A stretch of 64,000 bases of DNA, taken from the NCBI GenBank assembly GCA_028823955.1, contig JAPPFE010000020.1:19797-83796 (forward strand). Direction: 5' to 3'. This document shows positions 18,843 through 28,538 of this stretch, piece by piece (the first letter of the stretch is position 1; each line of letters starts with the position of its first letter). A model generated the notes under the pieces. That model was not told the origin of the DNA. It made no database searches and saw only the letters and a list, made by a program, of their open reading frames with translations. This DNA comes from Candidatus Dadabacteria bacterium (GTDB lineage Bacteria > Desulfobacterota_D > UBA1144 > Nemesobacterales > Nemesobacteraceae). The translations under genes and the position numbers were made by a program.

Positions 18843-20113
18843 AAGCAGCAGACTCCCCCGAGGAAAACCACGGACTCTCTGAAGACTGGGTGGTTTTCGG
18901 ACCGGCTTTCATCCTTATAGCCCTCGGGCTTCTTTTTCCCTATCTTTCTCTTCCCAAGTTTTCGTGGGCCCCGGATTCTCTGGGCGAGGTCTTAAGCGCA
19001 AAGAACATCTCTCTTTCCCTTTCGCTGGGAGTGGTCTTTTTGTTTTTTTCAAGCTTTGGAATCCGTATGATGGGCGGGTCGGTTACCCGCTACGTCGTGG
19101 GCTTTCCCCTAGTCTTCGCACTTGCGTGGGCGTCCAAGTTTCTCGCCGGAAACGCAATGGCCAAGGAATGGGGCGTAAGCTATGTCATCTTTGCTCTTTT
19201 AATCGGAATGTTCGTTGGCAATGTTTTCCCCGATCGCTTCCGAGAGGCGGTCCGCACCGAGTACTACATCAAGATTGGGCTTATAATTCTGGGTTCCGGA
19301 ATCCTGTTCGGCAAGATACTCTCCGCGGGGTCGGCGGGAATTCTGCAAGCCCTGTTCGTTGTGCTCGTCATCTGGTACGCATGCTACTGGATCTGCAGGA
19401 GGCTTGCCGTGGATTCCGAGTTTGCCGCCATGCTCTCCACGGCCGTTTCCATCTGCGGAGTCTCTGCCGCCATTGCGGCCTGCGGAGCCATAGGCGGAGA
19501 CAGAAAGAAGCTCTCCTACGTAACTTCTCTCGTTCTCATAGTGGCCGTCCCCATGATGCTCATCATGCCTTGGGCTGTAGAGCATTTCCAAATTCCTGCG
19601 GTGATCGGAGGAGCATGGATCGGAGGAACCATTGACACCACAGGAGCCGTGGTAGCCGCGGGGGAACTGGTGGGAGAATCGGCGATGAACGCTGCCGTGG
19701 TGGTGAAGTTTTCGCAGAACGCCATGCTGGGTCTAGCAGCTTTCGCCCTTTCTCTTTGGTGGACATTTCGCCAGAGAGCGGATGAAGGGGTAAAGCCGTC
19801 GATCGGGGTCATCTGGGAGCGCTTCCCAAAGTTCATTCTGGGTTTCATGGCGGCATCTCTTCTTTTTTCCTTCGCAGTTGGGGACGATCTTGTTTCGCAG
19901 ACCAAGGGGCTCATGAAAGGGCTTCGCGGCTGGTGGTTCGCCCTTGCATTTGTCTGTATAGGCCTTGAGACCCGTTTTTCCACCCTGGTCAGCATGGAGG
20001 AAGGCCGTCCCGCCTATGCGTTTCTCATAGCGCAGGGAATGAACATCATCTGGACACTGATTATAGCCTGGATTCTTTTCGGCGGATTGTTATTCCCCGC
20101 CCCTGTTCTATAA
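18833..20113 (+). CDS. YeiH/UPF0324-family membrane protein (putative sulfate-exporter-family transporter)
   Basis: About 10 TM helices and Gly-rich re-entrant-like segments (GGAWIGGTIDTTGAVVAAG). Start taken at the MENE ATG inside repeat copy B. The ORF-track start at 18701 lies in the nuclease-remnant frame. Confidence 0.65.
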   Translation: MENEAADSPEENHGLSEDWVVFGPAFILIALGLLFPYLSLPKFSWAPDSLGEVLSAKNISLSLSLGVVFLFFSSFGIRMMGGSVTRYVVGFPLVFALAWASKFLAGNAMAKEWGVSYVIFALLIGMFVGNVFPDRFREAVRTEYYIKIGLIILGSGILFGKILSAGSAGILQALFVVLVIWYACYWICRRLAVDSEFAAMLSTAVSICGVSAAIAACGAIGGDRKKLSYVTSLVLIVAVPMMLIMPWAVEHFQIPAVIGGAWIGGTIDTTGAVVAAGELVGESAMNAAVVVKFSQNAMLGLAAFALSLWWTFRQRADEGVKPSIGVIWERFPKFILGFMAASLLFSFAVGDDLVSQTKGLMKGLRGWWFALAFVCIGLETRFSTLVSMEEGRPAYAFLIAQGMNIIWTLIIAWILFGGLLFPAPVL

Positions 20114-20248
20114 AAGTCTTTGATCGTGTCACAGGTCCCTAGAAGGTTCGCAACTTATTAGGTTATCGACAGTATAGCTCCCGTTATTGCCAAACCCGCA
20201 AAGCCAAGTACTTTAATTGCAGCAAATATTCCAAAGGAGTTCGTAACA

Positions 20249-21244
20249 ATGAAAGCGATTATCTATCACGAATTCGGAGAAACTGACGTTCTTAAATACG
20301 AAGAGGTAAGTAAGCCGGAACTTGGACCGGGAGAAGTCCTTGTAGAGGTAAAATCCTCCTCCATAAACTTCGTCGACCTGAGGCTCAGAAGCGGGAAATC
20401 ACCCCGTCCAGTGCCCCTGCCGCACGTGGGGGGAGTAGACGTGGCGGGCATTGTATGCGAGAAAAGCGAGGACGTGTCCGACGTGGAAACGGGTGATCGG
20501 GTCATGGTCATGCCGGCCGTGCGCTCGGAAAGGGGCCTTGAGATAGTCGGGGTCAACCTCCACGGAGGATTCGCCGAATATGTAAAAATACCTTCATCTA
20601 ACGTGGTACCGATTCCCGAAGGGCTCTCCTTTGACGACGCAGCAACCCTTCCAACCTGCTATGTCACCGCCTGGTACGGCTTCTGCGAAAGAGGGAATAT
20701 CGCCGAGGGAGAAACAGTGCTTGTGCACGCGGCGGGAAGCGGAACGGGAAGCGCGGCGATCCAGGTAGCCAAGCTCTTCGATTCCTTCGTGATAGCTACC
20801 GCGGGAAGCGACGAAAAACTTGAGAAGGCAAAAAAAATCGGAGCCGACGTCACCATAAACTATAACTCCTCGGACCTCGGAGAGGAGCTAAAGAAAATTA
20901 CAAAAACGCATAAGATAAACATGATCTTCGATCCCGTGGGAGCTTCGGTGTGGAAAGAGAACACGCAGTATCTGGCCCCCGGGGGAAAACTTCTGCTGAT
21001 CGGAGTTGCTGGAGGTGGCGCCACGGAAGCAGCCCTCGGCCCGCTTATTATGAAAGATCTCTCCGTACTGGGAGTAACGGTGTTTAACGCCCGGGCGGAA
21101 CACTTCGAGAAAGTCGCGCAGCTTGCTGAGGAAGGTGCCCTAAAACCTTCGATACACAGCAGGTTTCACCTGAGTGAAGCGGCTGCGGCGCAGAAAATTC
21201 TTGAAGATCGCCAGCAGTTCGGAAAAGTCATCCTGAACCCATAA
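20249..21244 (+). CDS. Zinc-type alcohol dehydrogenase / NADPH:quinone oxidoreductase (MDR superfamily)
   Basis: 331 aa. GroES-like N-domain, Rossmann AAGSGTGSAAIQVAK and the quinone-oxidoreductase C-terminus. Confidence 0.85.
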   Translation: MKAIIYHEFGETDVLKYEEVSKPELGPGEVLVEVKSSSINFVDLRLRSGKSPRPVPLPHVGGVDVAGIVCEKSEDVSDVETGDRVMVMPAVRSERGLEIVGVNLHGGFAEYVKIPSSNVVPIPEGLSFDDAATLPTCYVTAWYGFCERGNIAEGETVLVHAAGSGTGSAAIQVAKLFDSFVIATAGSDEKLEKAKKIGADVTINYNSSDLGEELKKITKTHKINMIFDPVGASVWKENTQYLAPGGKLLLIGVAGGGATEAALGPLIMKDLSVLGVTVFNARAEHFEKVAQLAEEGALKPSIHSRFHLSEAAAAQKILEDRQQFGKVILNP

Positions 21245-21264
21245 GGAAAAGCCTGATTTTCAAG

Positions 21265-22119
21265 GTGAGCATCAAAAATCTGTTCGCGGCGTTTCTGTTC
21301 GCCCTCTTCGCCGCGCCAGTTGTGTGCCTAGCAAAACCGCCCTGCCCAAAAAGCATAATATCGCTCACTTTGGCTTCAGATGAAATCCTAGTCGATATAA
21401 TCGGCGACAGAAAGAAAATAACTGCGCTTACCTATTTCTCGACCGACCCGCTGATCTCAAACGTCGTGGAAAAAGCGCGGGGAATTCCCCAGGTCCAAGC
21501 AAACCTCGAGCAGGTAATTGCAAAATCTCCGGATCTCGTGATAGTCGCGGGTCACACCAACCCGAACATACGCGCGCATCTTGAGGCAGCGGGAATAAAA
21601 GTACTGGTGCTCCACGAAATCGTCTCTCTTGAGAGCATAAAAAAGAATATAGAACTGGTTGGAGAGGCTGTCTGCGAGGAAGCCGCGGCGAAAAGCCTCG
21701 TAAAAAAAATGGAAGCCCAGATCGCGGATGCCAGGGCAAAGATTCCGCCTCACGCAAAAGCCCCGACGGTTCTTTTCTACGGAGCTCCAGGGTTCACGGT
21801 CGGCAACCGCTCAACCATAAACGATATAATAGAAAGTTCCGGAGCCATAAACCTCCCGGCACGCCTCGGGCTAAGCGGATACAGCAACATATCTACCGAA
21901 TACGTAATCCAGAACAATCCTGACCTAGTGCTTACAAGTAGTTATAATCCATCTCACCCGGATTTTGTGGACCAGATGTTCAAAAATTCCGCCTTCAGAG
22001 ACAAAAAGATCATAGTCGTCGCGGGAAAACATCTAGACGCCGCGTCTCATTATGCGGCACGGGCCGTAATTGATCTGGTGAACCTGATATTCAGAGCAGA
22101 AAACAATGCCGACCGGTAA
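21265..22119 (+). CDS. ABC transporter periplasmic substrate-binding protein, class III (iron-siderophore/cobalamin, BtuF/FecB-like)
   Basis: GTG start and signal peptide. TroA-like two-lobe pattern, in an operon with a FecCD permease and ATPase. Confidence 0.75.
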   Translation: MSIKNLFAAFLFALFAAPVVCLAKPPCPKSIISLTLASDEILVDIIGDRKKITALTYFSTDPLISNVVEKARGIPQVQANLEQVIAKSPDLVIVAGHTNPNIRAHLEAAGIKVLVLHEIVSLESIKKNIELVGEAVCEEAAAKSLVKKMEAQIADARAKIPPHAKAPTVLFYGAPGFTVGNRSTINDIIESSGAINLPARLGLSGYSNISTEYVIQNNPDLVLTSSYNPSHPDFVDQMFKNSAFRDKKIIVVAGKHLDAASHYAARAVIDLVNLIFRAENNADR

Positions 22120-23143
22120 GAAAACGCTTTCCGTATATGTAGTACTCGCCTCCCTGCTTCTGTTGACCGTCATTGTGTGCGTATCGCTCGGGGCGGTGAG
22201 TGTTCCGTTTGACAAGGTAGTCAGCGTGATAGCCGGCAAGCTGTTCTGGCTTGATACCGGAGCGGGAATCGAAAAATCACAGGAACTTATCGTTTGGAAC
22301 GTTAGGCTCCCCAGGGTTCTTCTCGCCGCCACCATAGGAGGAGGACTCTCAATTGTGGGAGCGGTAATGCAGGCGATGTTCAGAAACCCCCTGGCTGAAC
22401 CTGGAATACTGGGTTGGTCGAGCGGAGGGGCTTTTTTCGCCGTTCTGGTGATCTACACCGGCATTCATCAGCAGTGGTTTCTTCTGCTCCCTCTCGCTGC
22501 GTTTGCAGGCACGCTCCTCACGGCATACGCAGTCTACGGAATATCACGTTACAGGGGGTTTGTCGAGAATACGACGCTTCTTCTCTGCGGGGTAGCGCTA
22601 GGAACACTTTTTGTCTCTCTCACGACTTTCGTGCTTTCGGTATCAAACGCGTGGTCAATGAAGGAAATGCTTTTCTGGATAATGGGCGGAGTCGACTCGC
22701 GCACATGGACGCATTTCGCAATGGCAGCGGTTCCCGTGCTTGCCGCCTCGGTTACGCTGCTTTTTTACGCTAAGAACCTAAACGCAAGACTTCTAGGCTA
22801 CGAGACAGCGAAAACCGTCGGTATCGACATAGAGAAAACGACCAAGCATCTCATAGTCCTGAGTTCCCTAATAGTTGGAGCAAGCGTGGCGGTAAGCGGC
22901 ATCGTGGGGTTCGTCGGACTTATAATTCCGCACTCAATAAGATTGCTGATCGGAGTAGATCATCGCCGGCTCCTGCCCGCAAGTTTTATTGCCGGAGCCA
23001 TATTTCTGCCCGTAGCGGACCTTATAGCTAGAACCGTCATGAGCCCTGAGGAACTTCGCCTCGGGATAATCACTTCCTTCATCGGAGTTCCTTTCTTCGT
23101 GTTTCTGCTGAGGCGAAATTTCAGCGGGAGAGGAATTGCGTAG
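22106..23143 (+). CDS. ABC transporter permease, FecCD/BtuC family
   Basis: 345 aa, 9-10 TM helices, FecCD-family conserved Gly-rich segments. Confidence 0.9.
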   Translation: MPTGKKTLSVYVVLASLLLLTVIVCVSLGAVSVPFDKVVSVIAGKLFWLDTGAGIEKSQELIVWNVRLPRVLLAATIGGGLSIVGAVMQAMFRNPLAEPGILGWSSGGAFFAVLVIYTGIHQQWFLLLPLAAFAGTLLTAYAVYGISRYRGFVENTTLLLCGVALGTLFVSLTTFVLSVSNAWSMKEMLFWIMGGVDSRTWTHFAMAAVPVLAASVTLLFYAKNLNARLLGYETAKTVGIDIEKTTKHLIVLSSLIVGASVAVSGIVGFVGLIIPHSIRLLIGVDHRRLLPASFIAGAIFLPVADLIARTVMSPEELRLGIITSFIGVPFFVFLLRRNFSGRGIA

Positions 23144-23912
23144 AATGCAAAGAGAACCCTTAAAAACATCGGGACTCAGTTACGGAGTAAACGGAAAAAT
23201 CATAGTTGATGACGTAAGCTTCGAGATCAAAAGAAACGAGTTTCTGGGCATAGTCGGCCCCAACGGCGCGGGGAAATCCACGCTTCTTCGCCTTCTTGCC
23301 CGTATAATCAATCCCACCGGAGGCCACATTCTGCTTGACGGAGAGGATATCTCGGGATACGAAGCAAAAGAGCTTTACAAAAAAATATCGTTTCTCCCCC
23401 AAACCTCGTATTTCGATTTTCCGCTGAGCGTGCTTGAGGTAGTACTTACGGGAAGGTATCCGTACCTGGGAACTTTCGAAAGCGAAAACACAGAAGATAT
23501 AAAGCGCGCCGAGGATTGCCTTTCGCTTGTGGACCTGGAAGGGTTTTCTCGAAGAAAAGTAACGACACTCTCGGGAGGAGAGCAGCAGAGAGTGTCGATC
23601 GCAAGGGTTCTTGCGCAGGAAACCGATTTTATTTTCCTTGACGAGCCATCCTCCCACCTTGACATACACCACAAGTTCGCCCTCATGGAACTGCTCGAGT
23701 CGCTAGCTCAAGAAGGAAAAGGGGTCGTGGCCGTTCTCCACGACCTTGATCTTGCGAGCAAGTTCTGCGAAAGGATCCTTGTACTTGAAAATGGACGAGT
23801 CGCAGCCTTGGGAGAACCGTCCCGCGTGCTTTCGGAAAAGCTTCTCTCGTCGGTATTTAAAGTAAGGGGTTCATGGGACCCCAGAGGCGAAAATCTTCTT
23901 GTTTTCCGGTAA
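23136..23912 (+). CDS. ABC transporter ATP-binding protein (FecE/BtuD-like)
   Basis: Walker A GPNGAGKST, signature LSGGEQQR, Walker B FIFLDEPSSHLD. Confidence 0.9.
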   Translation: MRRMQREPLKTSGLSYGVNGKIIVDDVSFEIKRNEFLGIVGPNGAGKSTLLRLLARIINPTGGHILLDGEDISGYEAKELYKKISFLPQTSYFDFPLSVLEVVLTGRYPYLGTFESENTEDIKRAEDCLSLVDLEGFSRRKVTTLSGGEQQRVSIARVLAQETDFIFLDEPSSHLDIHHKFALMELLESLAQEGKGVVAVLHDLDLASKFCERILVLENGRVAALGEPSRVLSEKLLSSVFKVRGSWDPRGENLLVFR

Positions 23913-24006
23913 GCACAGTAGGCCTAAATACCGGTTTTTACACTTTTTGAAATGATAATTTGACAAAAAAATTCGATCAACTATATTGTGTTTCCTAGTT
24001 TTATTA

Positions 24007-24080
<74 letters not shown>

Positions 24081-24208
24081 GAATTGAGAAACAGAGACCA
24101 TGAAGGTCAATAAAGAGAAAGCCGAAGCAACCCCATCCAAAAGCCCCCGAAATACCATCTTTCCCCCTAAAAAGCACATCGGGATTGCTTCGCCTGAAGT
24201 AAAAAGTT

Positions 24209-24910
24209 ATGCAACAGCATATTGAAAGCCTGCAGAAACTTGAGACAGTTGACTTAAGAATCAGAGAGTTAACTGAAGGGCTGGAAAGATACCCAAACGA
24301 AATCGACAACCTTAAAAAAGACCTCCTTGAAAAAGAAGAATCGATAAATCTCAAGGAAACCACTCTCTCAGAACTCAAGGCGCAAAGAGACGGTCTTGAA
24401 TCCTCTCTTCTCTCCAATCAGGAATCCATAAAAAAATCCGAGGAAAGGCTGTTTGCCATAAAGACCCACAAGGAATACGAGGCGCTCCAGAAGGAAATAA
24501 CCGATACCAGAAAAGAAAACCTCGAGATAGAAGACCGCACGATCTCGGTAATGGGGGAAATCGAAGAGACCGAGGAAACACTTGCCGAAGAGAAGGAAAA
24601 CTACGCGACTCTAAAAGAGCAATACGCGGGGCAGATCGCGGAAAAAGAAAAAAAGATCGAAGAACTCGAGATTTCCCGCGAACCGGCGGAGAAGGAAAAA
24701 AGCGAAATCCTATCCACCATAGACCCGAAAATACTTCCCCTTTACGAAAAAATCTTCAAAAGAAACGGCAGGGCGCTTGCGCTTGCTGAAAACGAGAAAT
24801 GCACAAGCTGCAACATAAACATCCCGCCTCAGCTCTACAATGAAATACTGAAACAGACAAAATTGGTTCAGTGCCCGAACTGTAAGAAAATTCTTTACAC
24901 AAATCCGTAA
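24209..24910 (+). CDS. Coiled-coil protein with C-terminal C4 zinc ribbon (COG1579/DUF164-like)
   Basis: Long heptad-repeat region. C-terminal CTSCNINIPPQLYNEILKQTKLVQCPNCKKILY. Confidence 0.7.
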   Translation: MQQHIESLQKLETVDLRIRELTEGLERYPNEIDNLKKDLLEKEESINLKETTLSELKAQRDGLESSLLSNQESIKKSEERLFAIKTHKEYEALQKEITDTRKENLEIEDRTISVMGEIEETEETLAEEKENYATLKEQYAGQIAEKEKKIEELEISREPAEKEKSEILSTIDPKILPLYEKIFKRNGRALALAENEKCTSCNINIPPQLYNEILKQTKLVQCPNCKKILYTNP

Positions 24911-24938
24911 CCGCCCAAGCGGTTATGCAATTAAAAAC

Positions 24939-25355
24939 ATGTCCCCAGAAAAAACAACCGAAGTCTATATAGACGGAGCGTCAAGGGGAAACCCGGGAAA
25001 ATCCGGAATCGGGGTTCTTGTTATCCGCCCGGACGGAACAAGAGAGGAAATAAGGGAATATATCGGGAGCGGAACGAACAACGAGGCGGAGTACAAGGCG
25101 CTCATAAAAGCGCTCGGTTATCTCGTGGCTAAAGACAGCTCAAAGGTGAAAATTCACACTGATTCCCAGCTTGTCGCAAGTCAGATGAACGGGCTCTGGA
25201 AAGTAAAGGATTCAAAGCTTAGAATACTTCACTCGGAAGCGAAAAAACTCGCTTCATCCCTTCCGGCACTCGAAATAGAATATATCCCTAGGGAGAATAA
25301 CGCAGAGGCTGACAGTCTTGCGAACCAAGCGATAGATAGATATTTTAATGATTAG
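24939..25355 (+). CDS. rnhA: Ribonuclease HI
   Basis: 138 aa. YIDGASRGNPGKSGIGV, TNNEAEYKALIKAL, IHTDSQLV and ENNAEADSLAN, the DEDD catalytic pattern of RNase H. Confidence 0.9.
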   Translation: MSPEKTTEVYIDGASRGNPGKSGIGVLVIRPDGTREEIREYIGSGTNNEAEYKALIKALGYLVAKDSSKVKIHTDSQLVASQMNGLWKVKDSKLRILHSEAKKLASSLPALEIEYIPRENNAEADSLANQAIDRYFND

Positions 25356-25356
25356 C

Positions 25357-25730
25357 GAGTCAGTCGTGCGGTCGCCCGCGGCTTGTACGCGGGAGGAAAG
25401 TCCGAGCTTCGCAGGGCAGGGCGCTGGTTAACAACCAGGTGTCGCGAGACAACGGAAAGTGCAGCAGAAAGCATACCGCCTGGGCGCCGTAGGCGTCCCG
25501 GTAAGGGTGAAAAGGTGGTGTAAGAGACCACCGCTCCGAAAGTGATGGAGGAGGCAAGGCAAACCCCGCCTGAAGAAAGACAAATAGGAAAACATCCGGA
25601 CAACTGTCCGGTCAGGGCGGCCCGTCCTGGTTTTCGGGTAGTCGCTTAAGGTATCCTGGCAACAGATATCTCAGATGGATGACTGTACTTGACAGAACTC
25701 GGCTTACAGGCTGACTCGCTTCCTTCCCAT
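25357..25730 (+). ncRNA. rnpB: RNase P RNA (bacterial type A)
   Basis: Starts 1 nt after the rnhA stop. P1 5' GAGTCAGTCG pairs with 3' CTGACTCGCT. P4 strand GGAAAGTCCGAGC, conserved AGGGTGAAAAGGTGGTGTAAGAGACCACC module and ACAGAACTCGGCTTACAG near the 3' end. No long ORF. Confidence 0.85.
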
Positions 25731-25787
25731 GTTCTCGCGTAGACAGGTTCGATACGGTCAGAATCATCTGGAAAAAAACGGGCCTGA

Positions 25788-26987
25788 TTACTTGATAACG
25801 ACTTTCAGGAACTCTTTTTTCCCGATTTTAATCTCGAAAGCGATTTTGTCAGGAAATTCCGAATTCGGATCGGTGTACTTCTCTCCGTCTATGACAAGTC
25901 CTCCCTGAGATATGAGCCTTTTAGCCTCCCCTTTAGTGCTGACGGAATCGGACACTCCTATAACAAGATCAACTATCTTTCGGGAGCCGGGAACATAGTC
26001 TTTTTCCTTTGCGTCTTCTGGAAAAGATCTCTTTGAGAACTTGGTCTCAAAATCCCGTTCGGCTTCAAGGGCACTCTGGGTGTCGTGGAGCCAGGAAACA
26101 ACTTCCCTAGCAAGCCCTTTTTTTGCATCCATGGGATGCTCAGTTCTTAATTTTCGTATCTTTTTTTCATTGCAGGTGCTTAAAAGAAGATAGTATCTCC
26201 ACATAAGATCGTCAGAAATCGACATCATTTTCCCGTATATATCCTGCGGAGATTCGTCAAGACCTATATAGTTTCCAAGCGACTTTGACATCTTCTTTAC
26301 CCCATCTGTTCCCTCAAGTATTGGAAGAAAAACTCCTACCTGCGGAGATTGTCCGTAATGTCTCTGGAAATCGCGGCCGAGCAGTATGTTGAAGGTCTGA
26401 TCCGTACCGCCAAGTTCAACGTCGCAGTGCATCTGCACCGAGTCGTACGCCTGCACCAAGGGATATATGAACTCCCTGAGGGAAATGGACACTCCCTCCC
26501 TGTACCTCTTTGAGAAATCATCCCGGTCAAGTATCCGCGATACGTTAACCAGAGAGGTAAGCCCGAGGAACTCTTCTGGATCAAGATTGCTGAGCCAGCG
26601 GGAGTTTGAAAGAATTTGGGTCTTTTTTCTGTCAAGAACCTTGAAAACCTGACGTTCGTAGGTCCTTGAATTCTTGATTATCTCCTCTTTTGAAATCGAA
26701 GGGCGGGTTTCGCTCCTGCCGGAGGGATCTCCTATGTAGGCAGTGAAATCCCCTATCAGGAAAAGAACTTCGTGGCCCAAGGTCTGAAAATCGCGGAGTT
26801 TCTTGAGGATTATCCCGTGACCCAGATGCAGGTCGGGGGAGGTGGGGTCAAACCCTGCCTTTACCTTCAGGGGACGGTCGTTCGCTCTTGAAGCTTCAAG
26901 CTTCAAAAGAAGCTCCTCTTCGGGAATTATCGCCTCGGTTCCCCGTCTTATTACCTTCAATTGTTCTTTAGGATCAGCGAAGGCCAT
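25788..26987 (-). CDS. tyrS: Tyrosine--tRNA ligase
   Basis: 399 aa. HIGH-type motif (PDLHLGHG), KMSKS motif (KMSKSLGN) and a C-terminal S4-like domain. Confidence 0.95.
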   Translation of the reverse strand: MAFADPKEQLKVIRRGTEAIIPEEELLLKLEASRANDRPLKVKAGFDPTSPDLHLGHGIILKKLRDFQTLGHEVLFLIGDFTAYIGDPSGRSETRPSISKEEIIKNSRTYERQVFKVLDRKKTQILSNSRWLSNLDPEEFLGLTSLVNVSRILDRDDFSKRYREGVSISLREFIYPLVQAYDSVQMHCDVELGGTDQTFNILLGRDFQRHYGQSPQVGVFLPILEGTDGVKKMSKSLGNYIGLDESPQDIYGKMMSISDDLMWRYYLLLSTCNEKKIRKLRTEHPMDAKKGLAREVVSWLHDTQSALEAERDFETKFSKRSFPEDAKEKDYVPGSRKIVDLVIGVSDSVSTKGEAKRLISQGGLVIDGEKYTDPNSEFPDKIAFEIKIGKKEFLKVVIK

Positions 26988-27021
26988 CTGGAAATTCCTC
27001 CTCGCAACGGGTTTAGCCTAT

Positions 27022-28506
27022 TTATGGAAGATCGGTTGACCCCATAAGATACCTGTCGCACTCTCTTGCGGCTTCTCTTCCCTCGTTTATAGCCCAGACC
27101 ACAAGGCTTTGCCCCCTGCGCGAGTCCCCCGCGGCGAAGACTCCCTCAACGTTCGTCATGTACTTTCCGTATTCCGCCATGGCGTTTGAGCGCTCGTCGG
27201 TATGGATATTCATCTGCTGGAGGAGTTCCTGCTCGGGTCCCAAGAATCCGAGGGCCAAAAGCACTAGCCCGCATGGCCATTTCTGCTCGGAACCCTCAAC
27301 TTCCCGAAAAGCCATCCTTCCGTCATCCCCAATGTACCACTCAATGCGTACGGTCTCAAGTTCCGCCACTCTGCCCTCTGCGTCTCCTACGAATCTTTTG
27401 GTAAGAACCTGATACCTTCTCGGATCTTCTCCGAAAACCGCCATGGCCTCCTGTTGGCCGTAATCAAGCCTGTACACCCTAGGCCATTGCGGCCACGGGT
27501 TATCCGCAGTCCTTTCGAGCGGAGGCTTGGGAAGTATTTCGAACTGAAGAAGGCTCCTGCATCCATGTCTCATGGATGTCGCGACGCAGTCAGTTCCGGT
27601 GTCGCCACCCCCGAGAATGATAACGTCTTTGTCCGCAGCGGAGATGTAGCAGCCGTCGGCGAGCCCACTGTCAAGAAGGCTCTTCGTGTTGGCCCTCAGA
27701 AACTCCATAGCAAAGTGGATTCCATCAAGGTCCCTTCCCTCAATCGGAAGATCCCTGGGCTTCGTAGCTCCCGTGCATATCACGACCGCGTCAAAGTTCT
27801 CTACGAGTTCGTTTCCGTCGATATCCTTTCCCACTTCCGTGTTGGTGACGAACTCGATTCCCTCTTCCGCGAGTATATCGACGCGGCGGTCGACTATCTT
27901 CTTGTCGAGGTGAGGATTGGGAATTCCATACATGAGCAGTCCACCGATGCGGTCGTCCCTCTCAAACACGGTGACCAAATGTCCCGCCTTGTTAAGCTGC
28001 GCGGCGCAGGAAAGTCCCGCGGGCCCGGAGCCTATGACGGCGACTTTCTTCCCGGTTCTGATCTCGGGGGGCTCGGGGGTTATCCATCCTTCCTCAAAAC
28101 CCCTGTCGACTATGGCGCACTCTATGCTTTTTATGGTGACCGCGGGCTCGTTAATGCCCAGAACGCACGACCCCTCGCAGGGAGCGGGGCATATCCGGCC
28201 CGTGAACTCGGGGAAATTGTTCGTCTTGTGAAGTCTCTCGAGAGCCTCTCTCCAGAGTCCCGAATAAATCAGGTCGTTCCACTCGGGTATAAGGTTGTTT
28301 ATGGGGCATCCCGCGGTCATGCCGCCGATTATCTGGCCCGTCTGGCAGAAGGGGACCCCGCAGTCCATGCACCTTGCACCCTGAGTGGCGAGTTCTTTTT
28401 CGGGGAGATAGCCGTGAAACTCGTCCCAGTCGGCGATTCTGCGGGCAGGATCCCTGTCAGGCCCGAGCTTCCTTCTGTAATTCATAAAACCTGTGGGATC
28501 ACCCAT
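27022..28506 (-). CDS. gltD: Glutamate synthase (NADPH) small subunit
   Basis: 494 aa. N-terminal Fe-S cysteine clusters, FAD/NAD(P) Rossmann motifs [11 protein letters not shown] and [10 protein letters not shown]. Confidence 0.9.
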   Translation of the reverse strand: MGDPTGFMNYRRKLGPDRDPARRIADWDEFHGYLPEKELATQGARCMDCGVPFCQTGQIIGGMTAGCPINNLIPEWNDLIYSGLWREALERLHKTNNFPEFTGRICPAPCEGSCVLGINEPAVTIKSIECAIVDRGFEEGWITPEPPEIRTGKKVAVIGSGPAGLSCAAQLNKAGHLVTVFERDDRIGGLLMYGIPNPHLDKKIVDRRVDILAEEGIEFVTNTEVGKDIDGNELVENFDAVVICTGATKPRDLPIEGRDLDGIHFAMEFLRANTKSLLDSGLADGCYISAADKDVIILGGGDTGTDCVATSMRHGCRSLLQFEILPKPPLERTADNPWPQWPRVYRLDYGQQEAMAVFGEDPRRYQVLTKRFVGDAEGRVAELETVRIEWYIGDDGRMAFREVEGSEQKWPCGLVLLALGFLGPEQELLQQMNIHTDERSNAMAEYGKYMTNVEGVFAAGDSRRGQSLVVWAINEGREAARECDRYLMGSTDLP

Positions 28507-28538
28507 TGAAAAACTTCTCCTCCGTCAGAGCTTCCGCG

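Noticed and set aside
18964-19995. 223-aa plus-strand ORF (Arg/Cys-rich) and 159-aa/130-aa minus-strand ORFs.
   Set aside because: They are off-frame and antisense within the YeiH-family transporter gene, with Arg-rich low-complexity translations typical of wrong-frame GC-rich sequence.
24081-24208. 33-codon ORF (MKVNKEKAEATPSKSPRNTIFPPKKHIGIASPEV) between tRNA-Met and the COG1579 gene.
   Set aside because: No RBS, low-complexity composition and not in the ORF track. It is more likely a leader or UTR.
25352-25603. Two minus-strand ORFs (83 aa and 65 aa) listed in the ORF track.
   Set aside because: They lie entirely inside the RNase P RNA gene, whose conserved P1/P4 and other modules are recognisable on the plus strand. 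They are antisense artefacts.
27454-28509. 351-aa plus-strand ORF.
   Set aside because: It is antisense to gltD (glutamate synthase small subunit), whose Fe-S and FAD/NADPH motifs are intact on the minus strand.
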